Below are positions 52,779 to 64,000 of a stretch of 64,000 nucleotides of DNA, in pieces. The first letter of the stretch is position 1, and each line of letters starts with the position of its first letter. Source of the DNA: Marsupella aquatica (Eukaryota; Plantae; Marchantiophyta). Both the position numbers and the translations under genes were made by a program. Location: assembly GCA_973895155.1 (NCBI GenBank), contig OZ316895.1:12035929-12099928 (forward strand). The letters are read 5' to 3'. The notes below the pieces were generated by a model. The model saw nothing but the letters and a program-made list of their open reading frames with translations. It was not told the DNA's origin and made no database searches.

Positions 52779-53292
52779 ATTGCACGAGGAGGAGGAAAAG
52801 GACATGGAAACCTGCTTCAAGCTCGCATCCTCGTCATGCAGGCAGAATCACAGACAAGACACTGATGATAGAGCGGAGCGGGAGGGGAGGCAAGGGGGTG
52901 GGGAGCTTCGGAAGGGGGAGTAGTTCCATGGAGGCTTCAATGGGAACAGGGGGGCTCGAAAACCTCAGAACTTGAGGTACCTAACTTACCAGGTTAAGGA
53001 GGGAGGTCAGGGGTGGAGACTAGAGACGAGGGAGTATGACAAATCATGGAGTCTTTATAATTGCACAAAGAGGAGGAAAATGACATGGAAACCTGCTTCA
53101 AGCTCGCATCCTCATTATGCATGCAGAATCACAGACAAGACACTGGTAATAGAGCAGAGCGGGAGAGGAGGGGAGCGGAGGCAAGGGGTAGGGAGCTTGG
53201 GAAGGGGACTCAAGGAGTTTCATAGAACTCGCAATAGGAGGGGGGGGGGGGGGGGGGGGTGTCAAACCTCAAAACTTGATGTACCTTAATTA
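52779..53292 (+). repeat. Direct duplication (~210-230 bp x2) upstream of the mitochondrial carrier
   Basis: AATTGCAC..GAGGAGGAAAA(G/T)GACATGGAAACCTGCTTCAAGCTCGCATCCTC...AAACCTCA(G/A)AACTTGA(G/T)GTACCT at ~52779-52990 and ~53059-53292; the second copy has a G20 tract. Confidence 0.85.
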
Positions 53293-54329
53293 CATCCCAT
53301 TGGACTTCCCTTAACTGTTCAATGAAAGTGAAGGATGGTGTAAAGGGTGACTTTTGATCCCCACTGGATCTTGGTAAAACACCATATCAAACCACCATAA
53401 TCTGGCATTGGGAGCTTGGCCAGCTCAAACTTGCCAGATATATTTGATGGCCTGCAGGGCTGGGTCTTGGAATGCCTGGACCTGCAGGGCTGGGTCTCGC
53501 ATTGCTCTTATGGAATTTCATAATGCCTTAACAGAAGTGGCATCTTCCCAGCAAAGTACATTCTATCCAACTTTTGTGCTTTGTCCGTCGAGCCATCCGT
53601 CCGTCTGTGAGCAGACATGTGATTCATGCTGATGCAAGGAACTTCTCAGCCGTTGATTGCAGAGGAATCTCTGGTTAGATAGATTATAGATTATGGGATA
53701 GTTTCTAGTTGACAAATATGTTGTCTGCAATGTCTATAATCTAACTAACCAGTAAGTCTAACTCTTTGAATCACCAAATGGACATCATCTTGTCATCTTT
53801 CACCACTGCCATTGATGGGCTTCGTCTACTTGATGATACCAAGCTGGAGATTATTGATTCCTTGCAGGAACTGGCACAGGAATAATCATTGACCTAGTAA
53901 TACAGAGCAGCGATCCTGAAAAAAAAGTCCAATGATTACATATGTACCATCTCTTTTGTGCACTGAAATTTTCTTTGACAATTCTTCAGGAAACTCCAGA
54001 GCAACTTATGCAGCAGCTTATGACCTGCTGGTGTCTTGATATGTTCAAGCTGCAAGCAGCCAATGGCTGCCACTTACAAGTAAGCTCTATCATCAAGCTT
54101 CCTAACGAAGAGAAAAACTCCCCGCAAAACATAGAATGTACAACCATGGAAGCATCCACATGAACATGTGAGCACAAATCAAAATCCATGATGTACCATT
54201 GAATTAAAATGTCTCCACGTGGGGTTGGCTTTCAATCATTACAACACAGTAAAGTGAATGTCCATTACTTTACAATTGTACCTTCCATTCCACTCAAGGA
54301 GATGCGAAACTGGAGGCCCGGAAGGAGTT

Positions 54330-54546
54330 CCACTTTGTCTGTGAAGCGCAGATGGATTGGCAAAGCTTGGATGGACTTGCTCAGAACATTTAAACTAATT
54401 CAGATAACACTGTCTACACTTTTGACTAAAATGTAACCTGTAAACTGTCTCCTTACCATTTGCAGCCGGTTTCAATTACCTGATCAAACCGAGTTCCTTG
54501 ATAACTTGATGACTTGACTACCTTGAACGTGAAAGACATCAAGATG
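54330..54546 (+). repeat. Dispersed repeat family C, uninterrupted copy
   Basis: Matches 20538-20658 plus 21112-21206. Confidence 0.8.
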
Positions 54547-57286
54547 TTATGCCATTACTCAAGATCACCATGATGTTTTGATTACTTTCTCCCCAAGGTA
54601 GTCAAAGTCGTCAACTGCAATACACAACCAGCTCCTGTTTCTTTTTTGGGTGTGAAAGTGACGATCACTTTTACGCAGTCCATGGGGATGGCCAGGACAA
54701 TGTCTTGGTCCATCCAGGCTTTTGTTTCAGGAGATGCGGAAAATTGTTGCGGCGGAGGAATAGTATTATTATAAATAAAATAAAAGTTTAGATGGGGACC
54801 AATGTTGTTGCCTTGATTGGTGACTTGCCTCATGGTAGTTGGTCTGCCACAAAGTATGTTTGTCCCTTCCTTGGTGACTAAAATTTTGGGTAGGTTGGTT
54901 CAATGGCATGGTACAAGAGGTTGAAACTGGAAGTGCATTTATGGCACAGTCAGACTTATTGTATGTGTTGCCAGAGCCCAATTAGCTATGAACTTAACAG
55001 GGTAAGTACAATGTTTTTGTACTAATACTAATTTTGGTAAGAATGATCTTGAATCCAAAGAACACTGATTTTTGTTGGTTTTCCAGAATGCTTTTTTCCA
55101 TTTTCGTTTAAATTGTTAGTGAAAATGAGTGATGTGGAGCTTCTAGAATTAGAGCACCTTAGTTGAAGTCCTTCTGTTGTTCAACGTATTCAAAGATGTA
55201 TCCCTGTCCCACCTCCATGTCATTGTGTCTAGGAGCTTTCGGGGGAGCTTTCTACAATTCTACCTTAGTTTAAAGTCTTTGTGTTGGTCAATGCCATACA
55301 AATTTGTATCAGTGACTTTTCAGTACAGACATTGTTTTCTAAATTAGAAATGAAAAACAGGAGAAAATCCAAGTAAAAAGTTATCTGTGAATGCAAAAAT
55401 GTCTCTACTGAAGGTGGGTAGCCAAGCAGGGCCTGGGCGGCAAGGGGGTAATACAGGGCATGAGTCCTACTACAATGCCACAAAGGCACTTCCAGGGACT
55501 TGTTTCCCTGACCAAATAACTGCAATGAATTCTTGGCCGAAAACATATCTTGCACTTGTAATGAAACTATGCCTAAACCCTCACTAGATAGTATTCCTCC
55601 ACATGAGAAAACCCTACCAGACTTAGAGCATCCCCAACCCTTACTCAAAAACCTATCGGTAACTGGGTGTTGACTGAAACAAAACCAGTAACTAAAACTC
55701 AAATAGTCATCTCAAGTCCTTGCTTGGAAAGCAATTATGGGACCTTACGCTAAATAGGTGTTGACTGAAACCAATAACTGAAACTCAAAAAATCATATCA
55801 AGCTCTTCAATGGAAAGCTATGGGATTTTTAGGGCAGTGGGTTTTTTGGCTTCTTGACCTGGACTCTGCTGGGTTAGTTGCTGGATTCCATGATTGCAAT
55901 CTATGGTGGTGTAGAAGTGAATTTGAGTGCGTGTTTGAGGAAAATAATCCAATAAGGGTTGGGTTGAGTTTCATTTTACAATGATTGGTAATTTGGTCTT
56001 TTCAGCCAGCTAACAAAAGGGTGTTGCCAGACTGGATATTTTCTCCTTATATTCTTACATCAACCCAAACTACGAAACTCAGGACATGCTCTTACTACAC
56101 CACTTCTAGAAGCCTACTCCTAAAACGCAATTGCTGTTGACTAACTCCCTACTCGGAACTGAGATCGAGTACCATCCAATGCTAGAAAGTAATGCAACTC
56201 ATATCTAAGAATGGGAACGCAGAACAAAATCTAATCATATCGAAATAATCACTAGTCCTCTCCATCAAATTAACGCAATAGTTTTATTAAGCACATGATT
56301 TCCCTAGAGATAATAGGTTTAGAGTTGCCCAAAAACAATAAAATAATTTTTTTCCTACATTGCTATATGGGAATCTCTGTTTCAGTTTTCCTAGGTCATT
56401 TTTGTTTTGTCATTATTTTAATTTTAGTTTGGCCTATGAGGGTTGTCTTCTTTGTTATTCCATCAGTTTTGAATTTATCTCAGACCCCCTATATGTTTTT
56501 GTTATTTCAAAATCCTTTGTTTTTCTTTTTTGCACTTGTACTCCTTTCCACAATTTTTATATAATTTTGCCCTTCAAAATTCTTGATGTAAAATAATTGT
56601 TACTTAAAATATTTCTAACCCCAACCCACCAGATTCCACATTAGGTCACCATCACTGTGCTACAAGTGGTTGTGCTGCACATCAGGCTTCTGACATGATA
56701 TTTATTACTTAAATTTATAAATTCTATGGCTTGTACAAAGCACGCTGTCTGAGATTGATGCGCCTCTATTTATTCACAATAAATTCATTTCTGTACTTTA
56801 ATTCAAGTGATTATTTTAATAAACTCAAATACAATATGATAAGATCATTTTTACATCATTTTCAATAAGTTAAGATAGCAAAGCGTAGCTATATAGGTTT
56901 AGAGTTGCCCAAAAACAATAAAATAAAAAATTGGTGCTCAGCTTAGAATTGTCACATTTTAAAACTAGTAAGCTGGACAAATATGTCGGAAAGGGTTGCA
57001 ATATGCAATTGGCAGGAACACATGTTTTGGCTAGGTTTAAGTGAATTATTGATAAACAATGGACTGAGAACTCTGTTTGGTTGCCTGGGAAAAAACATTT
57101 AACGGCCGCCAAAATTTGCAAAAAAGTATAAATAACATTTGGCATAGTGGTAACTTGGTTTACTATTTTTATTTACATTTATCTTGAACCTAAATGGAGA
57201 ATAACTCTTAGTAGTTTCTCCTCACCCCAATAGTGACACCTTCTTTGTAGGGAACCCATTTCAGGTGAGCCCCCATTGATCTGACA

Positions 57287-57332
57287 AGACTGGCACCAGG
57301 AAGGGGAGAGACTGGCACCAGGAAGGGGAGAG
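57287..57332 (+). repeat. 22-bp tandem repeat x2
   Basis: AGACTGGCACCAGGAAGGGGAG twice. Confidence 0.85.
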
Positions 57333-58475
57333 GATTAAAGCAGGGTCCACAAAGTGGACAACTGTGGGCCAAGTAGATAATCCGAATTCACATCCACTAC
57401 CCACAAAACTCACCCCACCCACACAAATATAAGGTCCACACCCCTTTCGTAACTTGGTTTCCTATTCTCAGTTTGCAAAAAGTTGCATCAAAAGTGGAAA
57501 CATCCGAGACCGGTGGAAAAGAAATCGACAGGCATTATATGAGACGGCTTGAATGTCTTGCTGTGAAGATTGACGGCATCTGAGGAACATTTCAACCCTG
57601 TGCTATGGTCAATGTCTTCTATCTACTCGACATGACTGTCGTTTGTAGAAGATATGCTTATTATTTCAGTTGGAAACAAGTCCAATGACTCCAATCCATC
57701 CGTCAACTTAGTACGTTTCCTAACTGATTTGGGTAAATCTTGACGGACGACTCCTCTCCTTTGCTCGACAAGAAGATATGCTTATTATTATCGTTCTTCA
57801 GCTTATCATGATTGACCTGAATTCATTACTCTGTCCGTTGTGACGCCAACGAGACCGTGAATTGGAAGTTTCCAAATGAGAAAGTCTTCCAGCTTCCACT
57901 TCGAGCTCTGGTCCCGTTTGGCGCTGTCTTTCTGAATGTAATTGTAGAGATTTCTCGAGGGAAAAAGTCTTCCAGCTTCTTCTGATTTGCTTGGACAGCC
58001 TTACAGTAGGCGGGCGGGGAGCAGGCAGGGAGAAGGGATCGAGGCGTGGCGGCGCAGAGGGGTGGGCGGGCGGGGCGGGTTACCCTCACATTTGAAGAAA
58101 GCCCCGTCGATGGATAATTTCGTTACCGTCGTCAGTTGCACGCTAGAAAGGGAACAGTTCTGTAGATTGGCAGGAGAGGCAGGATAAGCATTGCCGTGGA
58201 AGAGTTAAACTACCGAAACGCCAAATAATACACAACAGAAGTCGGCCCTCGAGGTTTCGAAGCTGCGAGACCGGGATCTATCGGTCATCCAACTTGCTTC
58301 TCATCTTGTGCATTATCCTTCTCACTGTAGAAATAAAATTGATAATCTGGAGAAGATCATTTCGAAATACACAGGGTGACAAATAAATGTACTCTAGCTT
58401 ACTAGCCTTTCGTCAAGAAGGTGGTCGCGAAGCTACAAGATAGACCCGAATGACTTTAGTCAGCCGGCTTTCTCG

Positions 58476-58648
58476 GAATGAGCTGTCTGTTCCAATCAAC
58501 CGCAACGATTCAACGAAGCTTCAAATTGAGCATCCATTCCAAGTGAGACCAAAGGCATCAGTTAGCTGTGTATCTCTGAATGAGCTGTCTGTTCCAATCA
58601 ATCGCAACAACGCTCACAATTTCGCATCAATTCCAAGTGAGACCAAAG
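58476..58648 (+). repeat. ~100-bp-period direct repeat x2
   Basis: GAATGAGCTGTCTGTTCCAATCAA(C/T)CGCAAC...TTCCAAGTGAGACCAAAG twice. Confidence 0.8.
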
Positions 58649-60615
58649 TTCGTCAGCCGTGGGTCTTTGAATAAGCTGTTTGTGCCACTTTATGTTTGGT
58701 AATGGTTTTGCTTGATTTCGCCCCCAAGTTCACGTAAAGCCACCCTTCTTATTAGTTTAGCAAGCTTCGAGTTAGGAATATTCGTCTGGGGCTCTGGACC
58801 CACTCAAGCACTTCGAACCTGCCATACCACTTTTGAGCAGCTTCTAGAGTCTAGACCGATCGTCTGTGCTACAGTGGCCGGGTTAGTTCGAATTTTGAGT
58901 GTGCCACGCTTCACGGAGGACAATAGCATGCAATCGGTGGTCCATCTCCAATCGGAAAACTCATGATGATCGTTTGAAGGTGGTGAGGAATCGGCGGAAG
59001 CTTCTTGAACGGCTGATTCAGGTGCAGGCTTACCCACACCATCACCTTAGATTGTTGATGGCCAATAAAAAACAAATAAATCGATGCTGGCGCAGCCTGT
59101 TTGGAGGGGGATCAACAGTACTCTCGTGCAGGCAACTAGCAAAGCTTGGTGAAGAAGCTCAGTGAAGCTAAGTGACGAAGCCTTGCCAGTCACTCAGTCA
59201 GATAGAGGAGGGGCATTGTTCATGCACTGTTCAAGGATATTTGTTTCCATTCCTGGAGTGAAGGGAAAGATAAGGCATAGGGAATTTCGATTGCTTTCCC
59301 ATTGAGCCGGACCTGATCGAAGGGGTCGCAGATGATGACATCGTATTGCAGAGCAGTAGCCATGCTACGAGATGGCGTAGCACCACCAAAAGCAATCACG
59401 AACGGATGATGATGAGGAGGAGGATAACAGAATTGACCACCAAGCAAGGTATCAAGAATTAAAACCAAACTCCGATCGACACGAGACGGTAGTCAGGGAA
59501 AGAGAGAAAAGGGCCAAGAGACAAATTAATGTCATATGACGGCTCAATAAAGTATATCACGAGGTAAAGTTGTCCATCCCAGAATGAGACTTTTGGAATT
59601 GAAAGCCTGTCATTTGGAATGTGCTTAGCATTTTGACTGTCAGTGAAATCGGAAACGACGACCCGAGATGCACGTTGAAAGGACGGCAAAAGCATCCACC
59701 CACTGACATAAGTAGGAGAAGAATGAACAATGTAGAATGAAGAATATGCCATGACGAAAGGAGACACCTTCCGTAAGCCAACTGAGTTTCTAGGAAATCA
59801 GGCATGATGCCGATGGATCGCCAAAGCTCGTTCACTGGCGAAGCATCCAAAGACACAACAAACAAAAAAAGGTACGACACTGCCATACACAACAGAGTCT
59901 CTAATGAAATTACCAGGCACGATGTGCAGCGCTGAACGAGCCAGGAACTTGAGCGAGTCGTTCAATGTGACACAAAAATTGGTTGTAAATATTTCTTCTC
60001 TTCAAATGAGAATGTACAAATATTCCACAATGATGTACAGATCATCCTATACAACAATGATCGGTACCGAGTCCTAACTATAGCGACTAATAACCGATTA
60101 GCTTTCGAGACTGAAAGCCTATAGACAACTGTTCCTACGATTTAGCCTCTAGAACTTTTGTTCAGGCGGTTTCAAAGAGACTGGAACAGAGTGTCTACGC
60201 TACTAAATACAATCCGTCCTCCAGAAGTATCACAACCGGCCTGAGCTGAAGACCGAGCGTGCATTGTTTTCACACATCCCCTTCACTGGATAGAAAGAAT
60301 CGCTCCAACCGAACAACAATCCACCGAGAGCGAATGACATTGACTCAGCCTCGCGACCCTCCCTGCAGCTCCTCCACGAGATGATGGCAGGCTGTACAAA
60401 ACTTCTGCTTTCTTGACGATGCTACTCAGTAACAAAATTGCATCCTTCCAGACTCGCCGAATCCCGCCGCCAATTCATTCAGCGACTGGGCGGAAAGTCA
60501 CAAGCGTCTGTTAAAATTGCTCAACATCACACCCAAATTATTTACAACTCAGTATTGCGAGTCAGATGCTTCGCTGCGTCACATCGCATTATCCTCACTG
60601 GATCCTATCGCCAGT

Positions 60616-60840
60616 CTAGGACTCCTTCACTGTCATGGACGTGTCCAATGGCCCCGAATGTGGATCCAGTGGTCCCGAATGTTGACCATTACCCAATACC
60701 GGAGATGTAGTACCGCTAACGGATTCAGAACCGGACCTTGCCAGACCGACGATGCCATGTATGATACCAGCGAAAATCTTTTCCTTCACAGCTCCCCTGC
60801 GCGGCAACCCGTTCTTCTTGCCCTCTCCCATCTGAGACAT
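60616..60840 (-). CDS. Small uncharacterised protein, 74 aa (PRRGxVKxKIF motif; tandem SGPL motifs)
   Basis: MSQMGEGKKNGLPRRGAVKEKIFAGIIHGIVGLARSGSESVSGTTSPVLGNGQHSGPLDPHSGPLDTSMTVKES*. ATG in GAGATGT context; ~550-nt leader, TATA at 61421-61428 and W-boxes upstream. The motif resembles the PxRGQ(I/V)KxxIF signature I recall from small plant proteins. Confidence 0.6.
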   Translation of the reverse strand: MSQMGEGKKNGLPRRGAVKEKIFAGIIHGIVGLARSGSESVSGTTSPVLGNGQHSGPLDPHSGPLDTSMTVKES

Positions 60841-61420
60841 CTCCTCGACAGCAACAAAGAATGCTCCTTCTCCAACTTCCGACTCGCAAATGCACAATGC
60901 TAGGACTCCGACACAGCGACGAGAATCCGTTCCGAACGCTCCCTCTACACCTCCGATTCGAAAAAGCAGTGACGAAAATCCTGTTCGAATGCTCCCTCTC
61001 CCACCAAACTTGCAGCGCACGCTTCCAGAAAACAGAGCACTTCTCCAAATTCGCTGTCTCCTTCAAACCTGCTCCAGATCATCCACCCCACACACCGACC
61101 GTAGTTCTGTCACCTCTTCGACCGCACCAGCAGAATGACGAATCAACCAAGCGAGCCACGAACCAACGCTTCCTCAGAACAGAGCAACAATCCCGCTTCT
61201 CTTTCTCTCCTTCGAACCTGCTCGAGATCATGCACCTCGTACACCCACGGTAGTTCTCACCCGCAGAATGATGAATGAAACCAGCGACCCACGAACGACA
61301 CTGATCTACAACAGCCTCACAGCAAATCGATGAACGCACTCAAAGACTGTCCGAGGCCCAGAGCGATGCAGAGTGGAGAAGAAGCAAAGAATCACAGTGG
61401 CATTTGGAAGCTACGGAGGG

Positions 61421-61520
61421 TTTTTATATGCTGCTTGTCGCCCAATGCTCCAGCAAGCAAGGAAACCGACAAATGATCGACTGTAAAGAGATGTGACCCA
61501 ATTGACCTTTTAGATTGACC
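61421..61520 (-). promoter_or_regulatory. TATA box plus W-box cluster
   Basis: TATAAAAA (minus, 61428-61421); TTGACC at 61502-61507 and 61515-61520; TGACC at 61494-61498. Confidence 0.5.
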
Positions 61521-61859
61521 GAAGACCGAAGAAGGACCTGCAGGCTGCAGCCAGGGATTAGCTCAGCGCTGCAGCTGAATGGTATTAATAATCGGCCGTG
61601 CCCTTTCAGCGTTTCTATCAGCTCATGTTTCCCCCGCATGCCCGCTTGGCGACTCCTGACAGGTGTTGACGACAACGGCGTTACACGGGCTGTCAGGCCC
61701 ACCACACTCGAGAATTATGTGGTGACGGCGTAAAGTATTATTTTGTTTGCTTACAGCTGCGCAGCCCGTCCCCTCCCTCCTCAGCCCGTGGGGTCAGCGA
61801 GGGTAACTCACTCCATATATTATTAAGTGGGTCTCAAAGTTTCATTAGTTATTAGCGAC

Positions 61860-62191
61860 TAGCCTAGACTACCCCTTTAAAATTGAAAAGAGTAGAGTAT
61901 AATAAAAGTGTCACCAAAATATATTTATTATTCAAAAATTTTAATGTTCATTAAATGAGAAAAATATCATCATGTCATAATCATACATAACAAACCTACC
62001 CTTCTATGCACATATGTTAAGGTGAGGTCATAGAGTTCATTTTTTTAATGTAAATAGAAATCATGACAAAAAATAAACATGGTTATCAATTGACATATAT
62101 TATAGTCATGAATTTCTCATCCACATGGTGGGCCGTGGAGTTACAGTCTAGAACTCTAGAAACCTAGGCCCCAACTCTAGCTTGTAGTTGG
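61860..62191. mobile_element. Foldback family B fragment (internal subrepeat plus right arm), cut by an LTR
   Basis: Colinear with ~35140-35487, including TGTAAATAGAAATCATGA, TTGACATA, CATCCACATG and AACCTAGGCCCCAACTCTAGCTTGTAGTTGG. Confidence 0.75.
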
Positions 62192-63525
62192 TGTTAGATA
62201 TTGCTCTAGTCTTGTGACTCAGGAGCTAACCAAAGTTAGTCTAACTCGGGTTAGGACTTAGCTAATGTTAGCGGTAGTGTTGTTGTGCATATAGCCAGGG
62301 CTTATGCTAGACCCTGGGTGGAACTTAGGCTGATTGTTACGGAGCTAGTTGAGAGATAGGGAGAGCTTGTGCTATGGATGCTTGGTATGGCCGATCGGCC
62401 TAGAGTGCAATAAAGCTCTTGTGTGTTCCCGTGGACGTAGCCTCATGTGGAGGTGAACCTCGTATCTCTCTGTGTCGACTATTGTGCCTTGGATGGTTCA
62501 TGGGCTTGCTGTTACGAATATCGTCTATGCTCATCAAGTGGTATCAGAGCATGCCTGGGAGGTGACGAGATTTTTTACGTGACAGGTTTTCCCAGCGTTC
62601 ATTGTCGGTGGCACATTCGGAGTTTCGTCGCATGAAACTCGAATGTGTGTGGCTGAGCGGATAGGTTAGTGAGCGGGCTTTCTAACGGTGGTTAGAACTC
62701 GCTGATCGGTATCTGTGGTGCAGAGGAATCAAATTTTGAGTCGTTCAGGTTTTATTCGTGTTCACCGGGTTTTTGGGGAGAGACCAGAGTTTGCGTTTTT
62801 TCAACCGTATGAGCCGTGCGGTGCGGGAGGGATCGCACATTATAGCTCAAGTTGAAGGTTGAAATGAGCTGGTCATTTTGATAGCTGGATTGTTGCCGAG
62901 TTGTTACCGAGTGCATCGTGACGAGTGAAGGAAGCATTCAGGTTTTTTCGCAAGCTATGCTTGGGGGTCTCACTATATGGGGACCTCCCCATCGCCTGCG
63001 ACGTTTTTAGGCCTCGGACCCCCTAAAATATAAGAATTTTTTATTATTTTTTAACACCTATAAAGTTGGAATATTCTAAAAATTGGATTAAAAAGACCCT
63101 AATGTTCTTATAAGTCTCAAAATTGAATTTAAAAGACCCTATTGTTTTTCTACAAAAATTCTTAAGTCTTCCCTTAGAACCAATAAAATGACCCTATCCT
63201 TTGTCGCACGTGATATGCCATTTTTGTGGAAGTGAAACCCCCGAGAAGCTATGGAGCTTGTTCTCATCTGAACCGGGTTTCTCTTCGTGACGTCCGACTC
63301 GGTGGAAGAAACACGAAGTGCTACGGCTCAATGGTTTGATCGCGGCGAGGCGGTCGTTTTGAGCCCAAGATTGGCACTTGATGCGGAGTGAAGTCAATGC
63401 AGCATAATTTTTTATTTTATTTTTCTCTACTGGAGCTGTAGATTGTGCTGGTGCAATTCGGCAACTTTTCCCGTCGGCGGCGTTCACTTTACTCATTGAA
63501 AACGGCGACAGCAAGGTGAGTAAAC
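62192..63525 (+). mobile_element. 5' end of a copia-like LTR retrotransposon: LTR 62192-62536, PBS 62539-62550, non-coding leader
   Basis: TGTTAG...CATCA (345 bp), then after AG comes TGGTATCAGAGC, complementary to the tRNA-iMet 3' end. No gag ORF is visible before a GC-rich block at ~63526; the right boundary is approximate. Confidence 0.85.
62960..63245 (+). mobile_element. hAT-type MITE family A, copy 4, nested in the retrotransposon leader
   Basis: CTTGGGGG...CCCCCGAG; perfect TSD AAGCTATG (62952-62959 and 63246-63253). Confidence 0.93.
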
Positions 63526-64000
63526 AGGGCACAATTTGTTTTAAGTAAAATTTTGGCCCTAAGAGGGTCACTTGGTGTGTGTATACACACACGAGATGTG
63601 TATACACACCGCATACCCCCTCCCGGCCCCGTGTACTAGTGTTATACCACCCCCCGCACTCCCGTTATTGTAGGCACAGTGGCGCCGGCCGGCACACTAA
63701 GCGCGACCAGAGACCCTACTGCCGGCGACCATAGCATCCCCAGCGCCCACCATAAGGCAGCCGGCGACGCCCTCCGGCCGGCCTTGGTGTTCCCTGCCTC
63801 TTCGCGAACGATTCCTACCTCCAGTCGGTGCCCCTCCCCGATGCACGGCGTTGATTCGCCCCCTGACCTTGTATCCGGCTGCGTATGTAGCCAAAGCTGC
63901 TATGCCATCGCCATCCTTACGCCCCTGCCCGCGTACGTTGCGACCCCATATGGGGTGTATTTTTACTTAAGGGGCGTTTGGACCCCCTTTAGAGCGCTGT

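Noticed and set aside
55440-55520. HFQG peptide recalling an HUH/Rep motif
   Set aside because: Isolated tetrapeptide in a frame with nearby stops; no other HUH motifs.
58963-59016. Box C (ATGATGA) and box D (CTGA) suggesting a C/D snoRNA
   Set aside because: Short span, no convincing terminal stem and no rRNA complement I could identify.

Overview
Eukaryotic land-plant genomic DNA; gene style and spacing suggest a bryophyte or other early-diverging land plant, which is inference. I can support five recognisable genes: an intronless tau-like glutathione S-transferase (-), an intronless secreted GDSL esterase/lipase (+), a 6-exon O-fucosyltransferase-family gene (-), a 19-exon long-chain acyl-CoA synthetase (-) and a 6-exon SLC25A44-like mitochondrial carrier (-). 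A sixth candidate is a 74-aa small protein (60616-60840, -) with a PRRGxVKxKIF motif, tandem SGPL motifs, a TATA box and a W-box cluster. Intergenic DNA is rich in non-autonomous mobile elements: five copies of a ~300-bp hAT-type MITE (four with 8-bp TSDs), three solo LTRs with TSDs, a copia-like 5' LTR with a tRNA-iMet PBS, foldback elements, nested insertions and short tandem duplications. The best leads are the SGPL small protein, a 229-nt MIRNA-like hairpin at 6570-6798, and two copia-like LTRs inserted about 25 bp apart in the terminal repeat of one foldback family. No rRNA, tRNA or CRISPR array is supported. Exon coordinates were read by hand from GT-AG sites and reading frame.
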